Source: Verrucomicrobiota bacterium
GTDB taxonomy: Bacteria > Verrucomicrobiota > Verrucomicrobiia > Limisphaerales > CANJXF01
DNA: 36,083 bases
NCBI GenBank assembly: GCA_038214755.1
Contig: JBBQRQ010000051.1
Coordinates: forward strand, 1-36,083
Reading direction: 5' to 3'
Shown piece after piece: positions 34,737-36,083 of the stretch (position 1 is its first letter; each line of letters starts with the position of its first letter). Position numbers and translations under genes: made by a program. The notes beneath the pieces are model-generated. The model was not told the DNA's origin, ran no database searches, and was given only the letters and a program-made list of their open reading frames with translations.

Positions 34737-36083
34737 TTACCAAACTTTATTTTCAAAAAGGCTCGGAGCGATGTCTCTGGCCAGCGACTGAGCGCGTTCT
34801 AAAATTTCCGCGCCCGATTCACAACTTAAAGCGAACTCCGCCAGCTTCCTTGCCTCGTCCATTTTTAGACGGCGAATCAAATATTTCAACGCGGGAATGC
34901 TCGAAGGCGTCGCGCTCAATTCGTCCACGCCCAGCCCCAGCAAAATTGGCGCGAGCACCGGGTCACTCGCCATCTCGCCGCACACGCCGGCCCAAATCCC
35001 GTTTCGATGCGCGGCATCGACGGTCATTTTGATCAGTTGCAAAATGGCTGGATGGGTCGGTTCGTAAAGGTGCGCGATTTTTTCATTTAAGCGATCCACG
35101 GCGAGCGTGTATTGAATCAAATCGTTGGTGCCGATGCTCAAAAATTTCGCGCGCCTGGCCAGCGCATCAGCCGCGACGGCGGCCGAAGGAATTTCCACCA
35201 TCACACCGATTTCCAGGTTGTCATCGAACGGAATATTTTCACTGCGCAATTTTGTTTTGCAATGTTCGACGAGCGCGTTGGCTTCCTCCAATTCACGCAA
35301 GCAGGAAACCATCGGATACATCAGTTTGATATTCCCTTCGACACTCGCGCGCAAAATGGCGCGAAGCTGGTCGCAAAAAGTTTCCTTCTCTTCGAGGCAA
35401 AACCGAATCGCGCGCCAGCCGAGAAACGGGTTCATCTCCTGCGGAATTTTCAGGTGCGACAAAAATTTATCTCCCCCGAGATCAAGGGTGCGGATGATCA
35501 CCGGCTCCGGTTTGAGCGCGGCGGCAATTTCGCGATACGCCAGATATTGTTCTTCTTCGGTCGGCAACACGTCGCGATTGATAAAAAGATATTCCGTGCG
35601 AAAAAGGCCCACGCCTTGCGCGCCGGAAATTTTCACCGCTTCGGCGTCGTCCGCGCCTTCGATATTGGCCGAGAGAACGATGCGCGTGCCGTCGAGGGTG
35701 ATGGCGGGCTGACCCTGAACGTCGCGAAGTTTTTCGTGAAGATCGACGTGTCGGCGAACAAGCTGTCCGTACTCGAAAAGGGTTTGGTCGGTGGGATTGA
35801 TGATGACCTGCCCGTTGTAGCCGTCGAGCAAAGCGTATTCGCCGGTTTGAAGTTCTTCGCTCGCTTTTTTTAATCCGACCACGGCGGGAATTTCCAACGC
35901 GCGCGCCATGATCGCGGTGTGAGAAGTTTTGCTCCCGACATCAGTGGCAAAACCGAGCACGATTTTTTTGTCGAATAAAGCGGTGACGGATGGAGCGAAA
36001 TCGTGGCTGATGAGGATGCACGGCTCGGTCAGTTTTTGCAGATCAATCGGACGATTGCGTCCGAGTAAATTATTTAAAAGTCG
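34737..36083 (-). CDS. ptsI: Phosphoenolpyruvate-protein phosphotransferase (PTS enzyme I); 5' part lies outside the window
   Basis: Frame is open to the window end. Phospho-His motif GSKTSHTAIMAR, GVGLFRTEYL, RTLDLGGDK, EMNPFLGWRAIR, SIGTNDLIQY, GVCGEMA. Confidence 0.95.
   Translation of the reverse strand, partial: RLLNNLLGRNRPIDLQKLTEPCILISHDFAPSVTALFDKKIVLGFATDVGSKTSHTAIMARALEIPAVVGLKKASEELQTGEYALLDGYNGQVIINPTDQTLFEYGQLVRRHVDLHEKLRDVQGQPAITLDGTRIVLSANIEGADDAEAVKISGAQGVGLFRTEYLFINRDVLPTEEEQYLAYREIAAALKPEPVIIRTLDLGGDKFLSHLKIPQEMNPFLGWRAIRFCLEEKETFCDQLRAILRASVEGNIKLMYPMVSCLRELEEANALVEHCKTKLRSENIPFDDNLEIGVMVEIPSAAVAADALARRAKFLSIGTNDLIQYTLAVDRLNEKIAHLYEPTHPAILQLIKMTVDAAHRNGIWAGVCGEMASDPVLAPILLGLGVDELSATPSSIPALKYLIRRLKMDEARKLAEFALSCESGAEILERAQSLARDIAPSLFENKVW

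Overview
A 36 kb bacterial chromosomal window that looks like Verrucomicrobiota (Pedosphaera/Limisphaerales-like). This is inferred from a prepilin/H-X9-DG protein, a PEP-CTERM protein, Thr/Asn-rich secreted proteins ending in W...D...RFYR, and dense heptamer and REP-like intergenic repeats. Housekeeping genes (recN on the left; a nucleotidyltransferase and a 5'-truncated ptsI on the right) bracket accessory DNA. In order: (1) a 42-bp periodic array of a constant A-rich linker plus variable but base-paired hairpins, closed by an inverted linker copy, upstream of a cytoplasmic helical+FN3 gene; (2) a two-gene copper/heme operon, an MbnP-MbnH fusion followed by a ~2450-aa secreted protein joining an intact galactose-oxidase-type copper radical oxidase, a lectin, a beta-propeller and a diheme peroxidase-like domain; (3) a pectin-utilisation-like locus (two PL1-like lyases, AraC, prepilin-like protein, large secreted protein) bounded by a 161-bp duplicated lyase fragment; (4) an ABC-type permease, a secreted Ig-domain protein, two CHRD proteins and tandem XRE regulators; (5) a double-domain amidohydrolase carrying an in-frame REP-like insertion; (6) a tightly coupled three-gene module ending in a small ADP-ribosyltransferase/RES-like protein, a candidate toxin-antitoxin or defence system. 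No rRNA, tRNA, CRISPR-cas, transposase or integrase was recognised. All calls come from reading motifs by eye; no searches were run.
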